From Planctomycetota bacterium (GTDB taxonomy: Bacteria; Planctomycetota; Phycisphaerae; UBA1845), in the NCBI GenBank assembly GCA_016860685.1, contig BOJX01000004.1, forward strand, positions 570 to 64,569: a DNA stretch of 64,000 nucleotides, in the 5' to 3' direction. The translations under genes and the position numbers were made by a program. This document shows, piece by piece, positions 1-10,434 of this stretch (the first letter of the stretch is position 1; each line of letters opens with the position of its first letter). The notes beneath the pieces are model-generated. The model was not told where the DNA came from, did not search any database, and saw only the letters and a list, made by a program, of their open reading frames with translations.

Positions 1-111
1 GGGGGTGGAATCGCATGAACTTACGTGGCGCGATTCTGGGGGAAGGGGCCGACGGGAGGCGCTAGCCTTTTTCAACGGGCGGCTAGCCCCGGTAGGGGTG
101 ATGGAATACAG

Positions 112-131
112 CCCAGCCCGCCAGGGCTGGG
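112..131. other. GC-rich stem-loop distal to the flagellin terminator
   Basis: Read directly: cccagccc (112-119), loop gcca, gggctggg (124-131). Perfect 8-bp stem. Confidence 0.5.
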
Positions 132-162
132 AAGCCGTCACCGCCGTCGGAAGGAACCCTGA

Positions 163-193
163 TGAAAAGAAAGGACGCCGCACAGCGGCGTCC
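163..193 (-). terminator. Rho-independent terminator of the flagellin gene
   Basis: ggacgccgc (173-181) and gcggcgtcc (185-193) form a 9-bp stem. On the minus strand it is followed by TTTCTTTTCA (163-172). It lies 39 nt past the fliC stop. Confidence 0.75.
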
Positions 194-231
194 GTCGATT
201 GAATCCGTTTCAGAGCCCGAGCGCCTTCGGA

Positions 232-1674
232 TTATCCGAGGAGCGCCAGGACGTTCTGTGGCGCGGCGTTGGCGAGCTGCAACGCCGCCGTCGCCGCGTT
301 CACGAGGATCTGGCTTCGCGTCAGGTTACTCGTCTCCTGCGCGAAGTCCGCGTCGCGGATCGCGCTCTCCGCTGCGGCGATGTTCTCGAACGCCACGCCC
401 AGCGAGTTCACCGTCGTCTGAAGCGTGTTGCGCTGGAAGGCGCCGATCCGTCCCCTCAGCGACGAGATCTGCTCAATCGCCGACCTCACAATGCGCTGGC
501 TTTGCGCGAAGTTCCCCGAGGTCAGGCTGTTCGACTGCCCCGTCGCCAGCGACGAAATGTACCCGATCGTCGCCGAACCGTTCCCGAGGTTCGCGGTCGA
601 TACCTCGTAAAGCCCGATCGACTCCTGTCCCGAAAGCCCCAGGTCCGGCGAGATGGCGAACTTCGCCCCGCCGCCGGTGATCTGAAAGCTCGTCGTCCCG
701 CCCGCAACACTGGCGAACGAGGCGTCCAGCGTTATGTCCAGCGAGATCGTCCCCGACCGGACCTGAAGCTCCAGGCCGTTGACGATCGCCGCCGTGCCGT
801 TGACGGTCATCGTCCCGTCGACACCGAACCGCTTCGTCGTCGTGGCGCCATGAATATCGAATTCCGACTGACCGTTGGTGTCGATGCGTTCGACTGAGAC
901 GAAAGCGTTATCCCCGTACCCCGTGCTCGAGAACACCACCGCCTGCCCGGACACGACCGCCGAGACGCCCGTCAACTGCGTCACCGCGTTGATCGCGTCG
1001 CGAACCGTCGCCGTCGAGGATCCGGAAACGAAGCTGAAGATCTCCGTGCCGTAATTGCCGCGCACCTGGATCGTCACGTCGTTGCCGAGCGTTCCGCCCG
1101 TCCCCCCGCCGACGGCGCTGACGTAAGCGAACTCCGACGGCGTGACCACGTTGATCACGACGTTGGAGTACGAACCTTCCGGTACCCGCGCGGAGTTCAC
1201 CCGCAGGTTGTCGATGTGGGTCGTGCTTACGCCCGACGTGGTGTAGTCAAACGCGCCGTTCAGCAGCTTCTTCGTGCCGAACGACGACTGCTCCGAGATG
1301 CGGTTGATCGACTGAAGAATCGCGTCGAGCTGAAGCTGGTTCGCGGCGATCTCCTCGTCGCTGAGACCCCCTTCGTTCGCCGACTTGTCCAGCAGTGATT
1401 CGATCTCCAGGAGCAGCGAGTTGATCTCCTGAAGCCCGCCTTCCGCCACCGCCATGATGCTGTCGGCGCGGTTCGCGTTGTCGATCGCCGCGGTGATCGC
1501 CACCTTCGACGCCCGCAGCGTCTCGGACGCGATCAATCCCGCGGGATCATCCTTGCCGGAATTGATCCGCAACCCCGTGCTCAACCGGGTCAACGCGCGA
1601 TTGAGCGTGTTCTGGTTCCCGGACAGAACCCGCGTGGCGAGGATCGACTGAACGTTTGTGTTGATGCGACTCAT
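232..1674 (-). CDS. fliC: Flagellin (480 aa)
   Basis: N-terminus MSRINTNVQSILATR...LSTGLRINSGKDDPAGL and C-terminus ...IRDADFAQETSNLTRSQILVNAATAALQLANAAPQNVLALLG are the conserved flagellin D0/D1 segments. The central region is variable. GGGAGG precedes the ATG. Confidence 0.93.
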   Translation of the reverse strand: MSRINTNVQSILATRVLSGNQNTLNRALTRLSTGLRINSGKDDPAGLIASETLRASKVAITAAIDNANRADSIMAVAEGGLQEINSLLLEIESLLDKSANEGGLSDEEIAANQLQLDAILQSINRISEQSSFGTKKLLNGAFDYTTSGVSTTHIDNLRVNSARVPEGSYSNVVINVVTPSEFAYVSAVGGGTGGTLGNDVTIQVRGNYGTEIFSFVSGSSTATVRDAINAVTQLTGVSAVVSGQAVVFSSTGYGDNAFVSVERIDTNGQSEFDIHGATTTKRFGVDGTMTVNGTAAIVNGLELQVRSGTISLDITLDASFASVAGGTTSFQITGGGAKFAISPDLGLSGQESIGLYEVSTANLGNGSATIGYISSLATGQSNSLTSGNFAQSQRIVRSAIEQISSLRGRIGAFQRNTLQTTVNSLGVAFENIAAAESAIRDADFAQETSNLTRSQILVNAATAALQLANAAPQNVLALLG

Positions 1675-1714
1675 CGGTATTCGTGCCTCCCAAGGGCTCG
1701 TGAAGTCAATGCAC

Positions 1715-1742
1715 GCATCGACCCGTCGATAACCTCGCTTTA
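1715..1742 (-). promoter_or_regulatory. Candidate sigma-28 (FliA) type promoter for fliC
   Basis: Minus strand reads TAAAG-N15-GTCGATGC, about 40 nt upstream of the fliC ATG. The recalled consensus is TAAA-N15-GCCGATAA. The CGAT core is kept but the -10 element is otherwise imperfect. Confidence 0.35.
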
Positions 1743-2008
1743 GTATCCGCGCGACACGGGAATGAACCGGACGATCCCCGGAACTTCACCGCGTCTTCAT
1801 GTCGGCGTCCGACCGGCGCCGCGGGCGTGTCTCTCCCGGTTCGCGCCGGGGTATTACCGGACAGCGCCCCTCCGATGCCCGATAAGCGCCGCCTGTCACG
1901 CAAGAGATTCGCCCCTCAAACTCAAGGAATTCGACCGCTATCGGACGCGGGCGCGTCCGGACAATCGGGGAAACGCGGTAGACCGACGCCGGATCAGGCA
2001 TCCGAAGA

Positions 2009-3043
2009 TCAAACAGCGGCGATGTCGGGGCGCCGCGAAAGCGCCTCGGTATGCGCCTCGATCCACGCCGCCTTGCGCTCAATCACCGGAAGAATCGCCC
2101 CCGCGGGCACGTCCCCGAAGCGCCCCGTCCGCGCCAGCGGCGCCACTGCCTCCGCAATCAGCGCCTCCACCATCAGGGGCGGGATTGCGTGGCGCTCCCC
2201 CGGCTGAAACCGGCTTCGGCTTTCATACCCCGAAAGAAACGCGCCGAACCGGTCCAGGTCCGGCTCATCCGGCCAGTCACGAACGTCCTCCCCGCCGACC
2301 AGCGAGAATTGCAGCGCGCCGTTGGCGACGTCGATCACCCGCCGCGAGACCCGCGCCGTGTCGTAGTCGATCACCGCCGCCACCCGCCCTTCGCGGAAGA
2401 GCATGTTTCCGGGGTGCCAGTCACAGTGAATCACCGCCGCGGGAAACGTCGGCAACCCGCACGCCGCCGCCGCGCGGGACGCCGTGTCATACGCACGATG
2501 CAGACGTTGCAGAATCCCCGGCGCCGCCCCTTCCGTCCCCGGCGCTTGATCCCGGATCGAGTCAAACGCCCGCCGCACGACGGCGTTATCGTGATAATCC
2601 GCGCGAGGAACCGGCCCCCGTGCTTCTAGCGACGCGGCGACCGCGTGAAACTCCGCCAGCGTCTCTCCCGCACTCCATGCCTCAGCCGCCGTCGCCCGGT
2701 AACGCTGCCCCGCGACGAACTCGAACAATTCGTAAACGTGTTCGCCGACGCGCAGAAACGTGCGGCCCCCGCTCCGCGTCGGGATGACCCCCGGCGCCGG
2801 AAACCCCGCACGCTTCAGATGCGCTTGAAGGGCATGTGCAAAACGAATGCGCTCGGGATCGCAGTGCGCGGCGTCGCGACGCTTCAGGAGAAATTTCCCG
2901 CGCTCCGCGACGATCCCCGTCTTCGGACTGCGGCGGGAGCCCTTCGTCAGCGGCGTCAGCGACTCGATCACGCCGAGATCGTAATGACTGAGGGCGATGA
3001 CCAGTTCCGCCGCGTCAAACGTACTGGCCTGATCGTGCGCCAA
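2009..3043 (-). CDS. Aminoglycoside-phosphotransferase / homoserine-kinase-II-like kinase (APH fold)
   Basis: Catalytic loop VIHCDWHPGNMLF (HxDxxxxN) and metal-binding AVIDYDTA match the APH/ChoK family layout. Confidence 0.7.
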   Translation of the reverse strand: MAHDQASTFDAAELVIALSHYDLGVIESLTPLTKGSRRSPKTGIVAERGKFLLKRRDAAHCDPERIRFAHALQAHLKRAGFPAPGVIPTRSGGRTFLRVGEHVYELFEFVAGQRYRATAAEAWSAGETLAEFHAVAASLEARGPVPRADYHDNAVVRRAFDSIRDQAPGTEGAAPGILQRLHRAYDTASRAAAACGLPTFPAAVIHCDWHPGNMLFREGRVAAVIDYDTARVSRRVIDVANGALQFSLVGGEDVRDWPDEPDLDRFGAFLSGYESRSRFQPGERHAIPPLMVEALIAEAVAPLARTGRFGDVPAGAILPVIERKAAWIEAHTEALSRRPDIAAV

Positions 3044-3133
3044 TGTCCCTTCCCTGTCCTGCCCCTCCGCGCCGCTGCAATGATCGAAGGTACAAAATGA
3101 TAGACCTCTCCCGGCCCTGAGGCAAAATCCCGC

Positions 3134-6100
3134 CTACCCGCCGGCGCGCTTGAGGAGCGCCTCCAGTTCCGCCTGCGTCGCCGCGTCCAGGGCAGGGGAC
3201 TCCGTGTGCAACGTCCCGGCCTGATTCAGGTATCCCAGCGCCGCCTCCTTCTCCCCCAGGGCCAGCGCGACCCGCGCCAGGTTCACCAGCGCCTTCGCCC
3301 ACACCGGGCGGAACACCTGAGGCGCCTCGCTGACGCGCTCCTCCGCGATCCGGTAGCACCGCTCGAAGTCGGCGCGGGCCCGCGCCAGTTGACCCGATTT
3401 CTCCAGAATGTGCCCGCGTGTGTCGAGCACTTCGGGATCCAGCGCCTTCTCCCCCAGCGCCACCGCCCGGTCCGCGAGCAGGAGCGCTTTCGCCAGGTCT
3501 CCGCCCTCGACATACAGCATCCACGCCGCGCCGTTCAGCGCCCGCACCTGCTGATCCGGACGCCCCTTCCCCGACTCCAGCACCTTCTCATAAGCCCGGC
3601 GCGCCGTCGCGTGCTCGCCTTGAAGATACGCCGCCGTCGCCAGCCCCAGCCAGCCCTCCGGCTCCTCAGGCCACGCATGCGTCACAAACTCGAACGTGCG
3701 CCGCGCCGTCGCCAGCGCCTCCGGGCGACCCGACGCCGCCAGAAGCTGCGCGCCGCTCACGCAGATCGCCCGGTCCGCGTCCTTCCGCGCCATCTCCGCC
3801 CGAAGCAGTCCCGACAAACCCTCGTAATCGCCCGTCGACGCCAGCAGCCGCGCGCGCACCGACCGCAAGTCCGGCGATTCCGGCGCGATCCTCCCCCCCT
3901 CATCCAGTACCGATCGGGCTTCATCATGACGACCGGCGATCCGCAGCAGATCCGCCAGCAGCGCCTGCGCTTTCGGAGACGCCGGCGCACGCGTCACGCA
4001 ATACGCCTTCAATCCGGCGATCGCCTCCTCGAGCCGGCCCGCGCTCTGTCGCGCTACCGCCAGCTTCAGATGCGCATCCTCGTTCTTCGGATCCGCCGCG
4101 ATCAACTCCTCCAACACCGCGAACGCCCCGTCGGAGAACCGGCCCGCCTGAATGTCCAGGTCCGCCAGGAACATCTTCGCCACCGCGTTTGACGGCTCGC
4201 GCTGACGTACCTCCTCCGCGATCTGCCGCGCACGCACGAGGTTGCCCGCGGATCGGTCGAGGTCCGCCTCCACCAGCAGCAACTCGGAACTCCGCGGAAA
4301 CAGCGCCTTCGCCTGCCGAAGCAGCTCCCGCGCCTGCCCCACGTCCGATTGCTCCCGCGCGATCTGAATGCGCAGAAGATGCGCCTGAAGAATCCGCGGG
4401 TGCGACGCCGTCAGCGCCGCCAGAAGACGCTCGGACTCCTGCCGCGACGCGGAATCCGGACGGGAGTGCAGCACCGCCGCCTGCATCAGCCGAAGCAGCG
4501 GATCCTCCGCGTGCTTCGCCAGCAGCTCCTTGAGCCGCGCTTCACCCGTCGCCCGATGCTCCGGTGACGGCGAACCCAGCAGAATCTCCAGCCGCGCCTG
4601 CTCCAGCTTCAGGTGATCCGGATAAGCCGCGATCGCCGCCTCCAGCGTCGAAAGCGCCTGGTCGCGGTTTCCCGTCTCGTCATAAAAACGCCCCAGCAGC
4701 AGCGCGCCCTCCGCCGGGTTGTCCGGAAGCTCGGTCAACTTCCGGAAATCCGCCTCCGACTCCGCGAGGCGGCCGCGCCGGAAGTAATACGGCCCGCGCA
4801 TCACGTACGCCGCGTAACCTGGATGCGACTCGACCTCGCGGTTCAACACCGCCTCCGCCTCGTCGAACCGCCCTTCCGCCTCCAGCATCGAGCTGCGAAG
4901 ATACGTCGCCAGCGGAACGTGCCCCCCCGACTTCTCCGCTTCATCGAGCAGCGGCGCGATTTCCGCGTACTTCGACCCGTTGGAGAACTTCACCTTCGCC
5001 AGAAGCAGCAGCGCCTGAACGTTCCCCGGTTCAGCCGCGCGCAGCTCCTCCAGCGCCGCCACCGCCTCCGTCGGCTGATCCGAACGCAGCGCCACCTCGA
5101 GACGCGCTCCGGGCATCAACACGCCACGCTGCTCAAATTCGTCGATCAGTTGCAACGCCTCTTTGAACCGCATCTGCCCGTTGAGCAGGCCGAGCAACCG
5201 TTCCGCCACCTCCACAACGCTGGGATACACCACCAGCACCCGTCGATACGTCTCCTCCTCGCGCACCGTGTCCCCGCGCCGGCGGTACAGATCCGCCAGC
5301 ATCAGACAGGCGTCCACCCGCGATGGGTCCAGCGTCAGCGCTTGCGACAGCAAGGCCTCAACCTGAGGCAGATTCGCCGAAGGCGCCGTCTCAGGCGTCG
5401 AAGCCCGCAGCATGAGCCGCGCCAGATACACCCGCCAATGCACCCCCTCCGACTCCGACTCGATCCCCTTCAACTCGTTAATCAGCTCGTTGATCTGCTC
5501 GGTCGCAAACGCCGGAACGCCCTTCCGGTCCGATAGCGCTGCGTCCAGCAGCGCGGAGCGGCAGACCGGGTCCGTCGGGTCCGCCTTCCGCATCGCCTCC
5601 AGCTCCCCAACTCCCTCGTCCGCCTTCCCCGTCTCGATCAGAAGTCGCGCCCGCATGAGGCGCGCATCCCGCGCCGCGCCCGGGGCTTCCGCCCCCGCCA
5701 CCGCACGATCCAGCGCAGACCGCGCGTCGTCGCCTCGCCCGCCGCGCAGGCAGACCTCCGCCAGAAACATCCACCGTCGTGCGCGATTCGGCGCGTCCTC
5801 CGCCGCCGTCCGCGCCGCATCGATCGCCTCGTCAGACCGACCGGCGCGCTCCAGCAACCCGACCAGACCCCCCAGAATCAGATCCTTCGGATCGTCGATG
5901 CGCAGGTTCGCCCGCAGCAGCGCCTCCGCCTCGGCGACCCGCCCCGACTTTTCCTCCAGTACCGCCGAAAGAAGAATCGCCTGCGCGGAACCGCCGATCT
6001 CGGGAGGCAGCGACGTCAATTGATTCCGCAAGGCTTCAACCAGCGCCGGATCCCGCTGCGCCTGCTCTGGTCGCAGCTCGCTGATCGCCGCCTGCACGTG

Positions 6101-7645
6101 GATCAGCCTCGCCTCCTCCACGTGCCGCGCCGATCCCGCAAGCCGTTCCGCTGTCGCTCGCGCCCGCGCCCAGTCGCCCATCTCGAGCTGGGCCTGCCCC
6201 AGCAGCGCCAGCGCTTCCGCGTCCTCCGGCGCCACGCGCAAATACCGCTCCAGGCAGGCCGCCGCCCGCGCCGGCATGTTGATCCGCCGGTACGCCAGCG
6301 CCTTCATCACCAGAATCCGCGGATCAATGTCCACCCGCTCCGGAAGCCGGATCACCCGGTACGGACTGTCCGTCCGGTTCGCCGCGAACGCCGCGATGCC
6401 TTCCGCCTTCGCCCAGATCGCCCGCTGGGTCTCCACGATCGGCGACGCCGGGTCGATCAGCTTCCGCAGCGCCTCCGCACACCGCTGCGCGTCCTCGCCA
6501 CGCTCCGCCGCCGCGTACATCTCCGTCAATGACGGCAGGTAGTCCCACTCCCGTCCAACAACCGCCTTCAGACGTGCTTCCTCCGCCGCCGCCAGATCCC
6601 CCACCTGCGCCGCCGTCATCTGGCCCACCCCGATCTTGCGCAGCGCCAGCTTCGCCTCGGCCTTGAAAAGAAACAGGGCCCAGCTCTCATCATCCTCGCC
6701 GACGTCGACGACAACCTCCGACTCCACCGCCGACCGCCGCGCCGCGGGATTCGCAGCTTGTGCCGCCCGCAGGTGTGCCTCCGCCTTCGCCAGTTCGCCC
6801 AGGTCGCTCCACTCATCAAACAAACGCATGTGCAGCATCGGGTCCGCCGCACCCAGCGCCTCCGCACGCTCCAGGTCCGCCCGCGCCCCCGCGTTGTCGC
6901 CCGCAACCCGCAACCGGAAACGCCCGCGGTAGGCGTGCATCTTCGCCGATTCCGGAAACCGCGCAACGCCCGCGTCATAACGTTCCGCCGCCGCCGCAAG
7001 ACCCTGCGCAGCGACCGTCGCCCCCCGAGCTTCCATCAACCCCGCGAGGATGTACGCATCCGGGGACGCCTCAGGCGACGCGAGAATCTCCTCAAACGTC
7101 TTGCGCGCCTCGTCATACTGCCCGCTCTCCGTCTGCGCCCGCGCCAGCCACAACCGCGCCCGGGCGTTCTGCGGATGCGCCGACGCCCACTGCTTCGCCC
7201 AGTACAGAAGCTGATCCGGCGGCGCCTGTCCCCTCGCGTGCAGACGCACCAGCGCATCCAGGTACGCCTCGTGCCCCTGACGCAGCCGCAGAAGCTCCTG
7301 ATACGCCCCCACCGCCTTGCGGAAGTGCTTCGACTCGCGCGGACGCGCCATCAGGTTCGCTCGCGCATACGCCTCCAACACCTCGATGTCCGTCGGGTTC
7401 CGCTCCAGGTAGTCCTGGTAGCGCTTCGACGCGGTGTCGAAATCGCCGGTCCCTTCCAGCCGCCGCGCCTCCGCCAGCGCCGTCGCCGCCAGCGACCGAT
7501 GACGCCACTTCCGCAGCGAAACCGCCCCCACCCCCAGAACCCCCGCTATAACCACCAGCGTCAGGACCAGACTGAGGTTCACACGACCCGAACGACGCCC
7601 TCGCACCGCCTCGCTTATGATGGATTTCGCACCTCGTCTGTGCAT
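3134..7645 (-). CDS. Very large membrane-anchored tetratricopeptide-repeat protein (about 1503 aa)
   Basis: One N-terminal TM segment (VNLSLVLTLVVIAGVLGVGAVSL) is followed by dozens of A/L/R/E-rich TPR-like helical hairpins. The start is set at ATG 7645 because AGGAG lies 9 nt upstream. The ORF stays open to 7774. Confidence 0.8.
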   Translation of the reverse strand: MHRRGAKSIISEAVRGRRSGRVNLSLVLTLVVIAGVLGVGAVSLRKWRHRSLAATALAEARRLEGTGDFDTASKRYQDYLERNPTDIEVLEAYARANLMARPRESKHFRKAVGAYQELLRLRQGHEAYLDALVRLHARGQAPPDQLLYWAKQWASAHPQNARARLWLARAQTESGQYDEARKTFEEILASPEASPDAYILAGLMEARGATVAAQGLAAAAERYDAGVARFPESAKMHAYRGRFRLRVAGDNAGARADLERAEALGAADPMLHMRLFDEWSDLGELAKAEAHLRAAQAANPAARRSAVESEVVVDVGEDDESWALFLFKAEAKLALRKIGVGQMTAAQVGDLAAAEEARLKAVVGREWDYLPSLTEMYAAAERGEDAQRCAEALRKLIDPASPIVETQRAIWAKAEGIAAFAANRTDSPYRVIRLPERVDIDPRILVMKALAYRRINMPARAAACLERYLRVAPEDAEALALLGQAQLEMGDWARARATAERLAGSARHVEEARLIHVQAAISELRPEQAQRDPALVEALRNQLTSLPPEIGGSAQAILLSAVLEEKSGRVAEAEALLRANLRIDDPKDLILGGLVGLLERAGRSDEAIDAARTAAEDAPNRARRWMFLAEVCLRGGRGDDARSALDRAVAGAEAPGAARDARLMRARLLIETGKADEGVGELEAMRKADPTDPVCRSALLDAALSDRKGVPAFATEQINELINELKGIESESEGVHWRVYLARLMLRASTPETAPSANLPQVEALLSQALTLDPSRVDACLMLADLYRRRGDTVREEETYRRVLVVYPSVVEVAERLLGLLNGQMRFKEALQLIDEFEQRGVLMPGARLEVALRSDQPTEAVAALEELRAAEPGNVQALLLLAKVKFSNGSKYAEIAPLLDEAEKSGGHVPLATYLRSSMLEAEGRFDEAEAVLNREVESHPGYAAYVMRGPYYFRRGRLAESEADFRKLTELPDNPAEGALLLGRFYDETGNRDQALSTLEAAIAAYPDHLKLEQARLEILLGSPSPEHRATGEARLKELLAKHAEDPLLRLMQAAVLHSRPDSASRQESERLLAALTASHPRILQAHLLRIQIAREQSDVGQARELLRQAKALFPRSSELLLVEADLDRSAGNLVRARQIAEEVRQREPSNAVAKMFLADLDIQAGRFSDGAFAVLEELIAADPKNEDAHLKLAVARQSAGRLEEAIAGLKAYCVTRAPASPKAQALLADLLRIAGRHDEARSVLDEGGRIAPESPDLRSVRARLLASTGDYEGLSGLLRAEMARKDADRAICVSGAQLLAASGRPEALATARRTFEFVTHAWPEEPEGWLGLATAAYLQGEHATARRAYEKVLESGKGRPDQQVRALNGAAWMLYVEGGDLAKALLLADRAVALGEKALDPEVLDTRGHILEKSGQLARARADFERCYRIAEERVSEAPQVFRPVWAKALVNLARVALALGEKEAALGYLNQAGTLHTESPALDAATQAELEALLKRAGG

Positions 7646-8049
7646 GTCGCTTACTCCTGCGGCGTACATCTTTGACCGAGCGTCGCGCCCCCTCGCCCCG
7701 CGCGGCATTGTAACCGTGATCCCCGCCGCTCCCAGTTCCCGCGCCGCATGCCGCGACCGCTCGACGACACGCACGACACCGGAACCTGCCGAACCGTGTC
7801 GCGCAAAGTCTGACGATGTTCACATCGACGGAAGTCACGGAGGGGCTTTGAAGCGCCGCCGACAAGAGACGGTCGTCCGGCATCCGTTAACGCTCGCGCG
7901 GCATCCCGTCACGGAGTACCGCGCAGTAACCTCACGCCGCGTCCGACGGAAAAGACAGGACCGCGCAGAACCGACGGCGCACCGTTCCCGGCGCCTTGGA
8001 CCCGTCGTTCCGGCGGCTTGATCAGAGAGATTTCAAATCGTCGGCGGTC

Positions 8050-8871
8050 TCACCGTACCCGCATCCGCCGCAAGCCGAAAAGGCCCGCGAGCAGCAGCGC
8101 CAGCGTCGCCGGTTCCGGAACGATCACCAGTTTCACGTCCGCCGACAGGGCGTTCCGGTCCGCCGAGAAGAAAGCGTCCAAGTCGTTGAACCCGAAGCCC
8201 GCGAAGTGAAACTCCCCCAGCGCCCCGAAGTCAAAGACCTCCCGGTCGGAAAGAAGCGTCACGCGACCGCGCGAGCCGTCGCCGTCAGGGACCGGACCCG
8301 TGTCGGCGGGAACGCCTTGGAAAATCCAGTCCGAACTTCCTTCTGGACCCAGCAGCGAATCCCGGAACGCCTGCGTCGCCAGTGACCCGTCGAACTGGAA
8401 GATCGGCCCGATCAGCGACACCGCCGTGGTGTCCAGCGCGCCCAGGATCGACGGATCGGCGAGCGTCGTCACCGTGTCCGTCGCCGCGAACTCCCCGCGC
8501 AGGCGGTACTGATTCGGACCGCCGCCGCGGATCACGTCGAGGGCCAGCAGGACGTCGAAGTTGACGGCGTTGCCGATCGCAGCCACGTCGAGGATGACGT
8601 CATCGCCGCCGCCGAACCCGCCGTCGGCGCCGAGGTCGAGCTGCTGAAGGCTCAGGTGCGAGACCTCGCCCGGCAAGATGACGATGCGCCCGACGAGTTC
8701 GCCCTCGCCTGCGTTCGGGTTGATCGCGTCGTAATTGAACAGGAGGGACGTCACGTCAAGGAAGACGCCCTCTCCGGCGCGCACCTGCGGCGCGGCGATC
8801 AGACTGCAAAAAAGTACGAGCCCCCAGACCCGCGCAGCGCGCGAGCCTGCCGATGCAACGACGGACCTCAT
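8050..8871 (-). CDS. PEP-CTERM sorting-domain secreted protein (273 aa)
   Basis: Signal peptide (LVLFCSLIAAPQVRAGEG). The C-terminus VPEPATLALLLAGLFGLRRMRVR has the PEP motif, a TM helix and a basic tail. Confidence 0.8.
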   Translation of the reverse strand: MRSVVASAGSRAARVWGLVLFCSLIAAPQVRAGEGVFLDVTSLLFNYDAINPNAGEGELVGRIVILPGEVSHLSLQQLDLGADGGFGGGDDVILDVAAIGNAVNFDVLLALDVIRGGGPNQYRLRGEFAATDTVTTLADPSILGALDTTAVSLIGPIFQFDGSLATQAFRDSLLGPEGSSDWIFQGVPADTGPVPDGDGSRGRVTLLSDREVFDFGALGEFHFAGFGFNDLDAFFSADRNALSADVKLVIVPEPATLALLLAGLFGLRRMRVR

Positions 8872-9107
8872 GGCGCCCTCTCTCTCCCAGGTGTTTACGC
8901 CAAGTCCTGGAATGAATTGTCTATCGGCCCGCGGCGGCTGACCCTCCGTCTCCCCCGGAGATCAACCCGATAAGCATTCCGACAAGCATCCGCGAAACCC
9001 AGAAAGCCGCGGCCAGTGTCGAACCGACCGCGGCTTCCTGATCACATCATACCCGCGTTTCAGTCTCCGGTCCACTCTCGGAGACCTGAATTCCGGATGA
9101 AAACCCC

Positions 9108-9899
9108 TTACGCCACCCGGCGACGGGCGATCCACGCCCCCGCCAGACCCAGCGACGCCAGCAGAACCGCGCCCGGAACCGGCACAATCGTCAGTTTCAT
9201 GTCCGCTCCGCTGCTTCCCTGCGTATTCGCGTTGAAAAACGCGTCCAGGTCCGCGAACTGGCCGACGAACTGGAAGTCCAACAGGTTCCCGGACCGGTAC
9301 GAACCACGACCGTCAGCGATGCTGACCGTGCCGTCCACCCCGTCCAGACCGCCGAACTGACCGTTGATGATGTCGTTCGTGTCGGCGGCAAGACCCGTGA
9401 ACACCCACGAGTCGCCCTGCGACGGCTGAAGAATCCCGTCCGGGTTGCCCAACGCTCCGCCGAACGAGAAGAACCCGCCGCCGATCGTCAACGAGTCGCT
9501 CTTGAAGTTGCCCACAATGACGTCCGGAGGCGAGTTCACGTCGCCGATGCTCACCGATCCGACGATCGAGTAGCTGTTCGCGCCGTGCTTGAACACGTCG
9601 CCTACGAACGAGACGCTGAACTGACCCGAGTCGCCGATCTCCGCCAGGTCCAGCAGCGTGTCGTCGCCGCCGCCGATCTCGCCGTTCGCCCCGAGATTCA
9701 GGTGCTGAACCACCAGATTCGAGCTGACGATGTCGTGAATCTCGATCTGCCCGAAGCTGCCCGGACCCCCGGCGCCCTTCGTATACGTGAACTGCAGCGT
9801 GCTCGCGTCAATGAAGAACCCGACGCCCGCCTGCGCCGCTCCGGCGAACGCCAGCGACGCCGCCGCAGCCCACAAGGCCAATATCCCTCTCTTCATCAT
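9108..9899 (-). CDS. Paralogous PEP-CTERM-like secreted protein (263 aa, variant VPVP motif)
   Basis: Start MMKRGIL at 9899 with GGAGG upstream. Signal peptide ends ...AFAGAAQAG. Shares GGGDD-x-LLD-x-A-x-IG and DLDAFF blocks with 8050-8871. C-terminus is IVPVPGAVLLASLGLAGAWIARRRVA. Confidence 0.75.
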   Translation of the reverse strand: MMKRGILALWAAAASLAFAGAAQAGVGFFIDASTLQFTYTKGAGGPGSFGQIEIHDIVSSNLVVQHLNLGANGEIGGGDDTLLDLAEIGDSGQFSVSFVGDVFKHGANSYSIVGSVSIGDVNSPPDVIVGNFKSDSLTIGGGFFSFGGALGNPDGILQPSQGDSWVFTGLAADTNDIINGQFGGLDGVDGTVSIADGRGSYRSGNLLDFQFVGQFADLDAFFNANTQGSSGADMKLTIVPVPGAVLLASLGLAGAWIARRRVA

Positions 9900-10434
9900 A
9901 AATGTGCCTCCACTCCCGTTCACGGCCCGGGAGGGACCGCGATCGGACAACCTTCTTTCCCCAAATTCTGGATGACCCGTTCCGCTTTGCATTGCCGCAT
10001 TGACATTTCGTCTTCGGCCATGAATGCGGACTGGTCACTCCACTGACCCCGCAGTGGATTCATGACCCCCGATTTCAACACAAGTCGCCCGGATTCTATG
10101 AGTGAAAGACCGTGATTACAAGCGATATCCGCGTGTACTTAGCCTTATTTCGTGCGTATGAGGACTTGCAAACAACTCTGATGGCGTAGTCCACAAAAAC
10201 AGCGGACAGGACACAGGCATCCGCATTATTCTGGGGCGTGCGCCAGCCAAGTCCGAAAACTGGCAGGTTATTGGACCGCTTATGTGTTACCAATACTGAC
10301 TCATAATTGCGCGAGATGCGAATGCGGACTCAACGCCCAGCCTCAATACCGCGGCACGCGGCCTGATCGACCGCGACCGGACCGCTCATGCGACCTTCAT
10401 ATGCGATACTTGCCGTGCTCCGAGTTTGACGATC

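Noticed and set aside
1725-1732. The plus-strand GTCGATAA as a functional FliA -10 element.
   Set aside because: No plus-strand gene lies downstream, because the next gene (2009-3043) is on the minus strand. It is kept only as a note under the fliC promoter finding.
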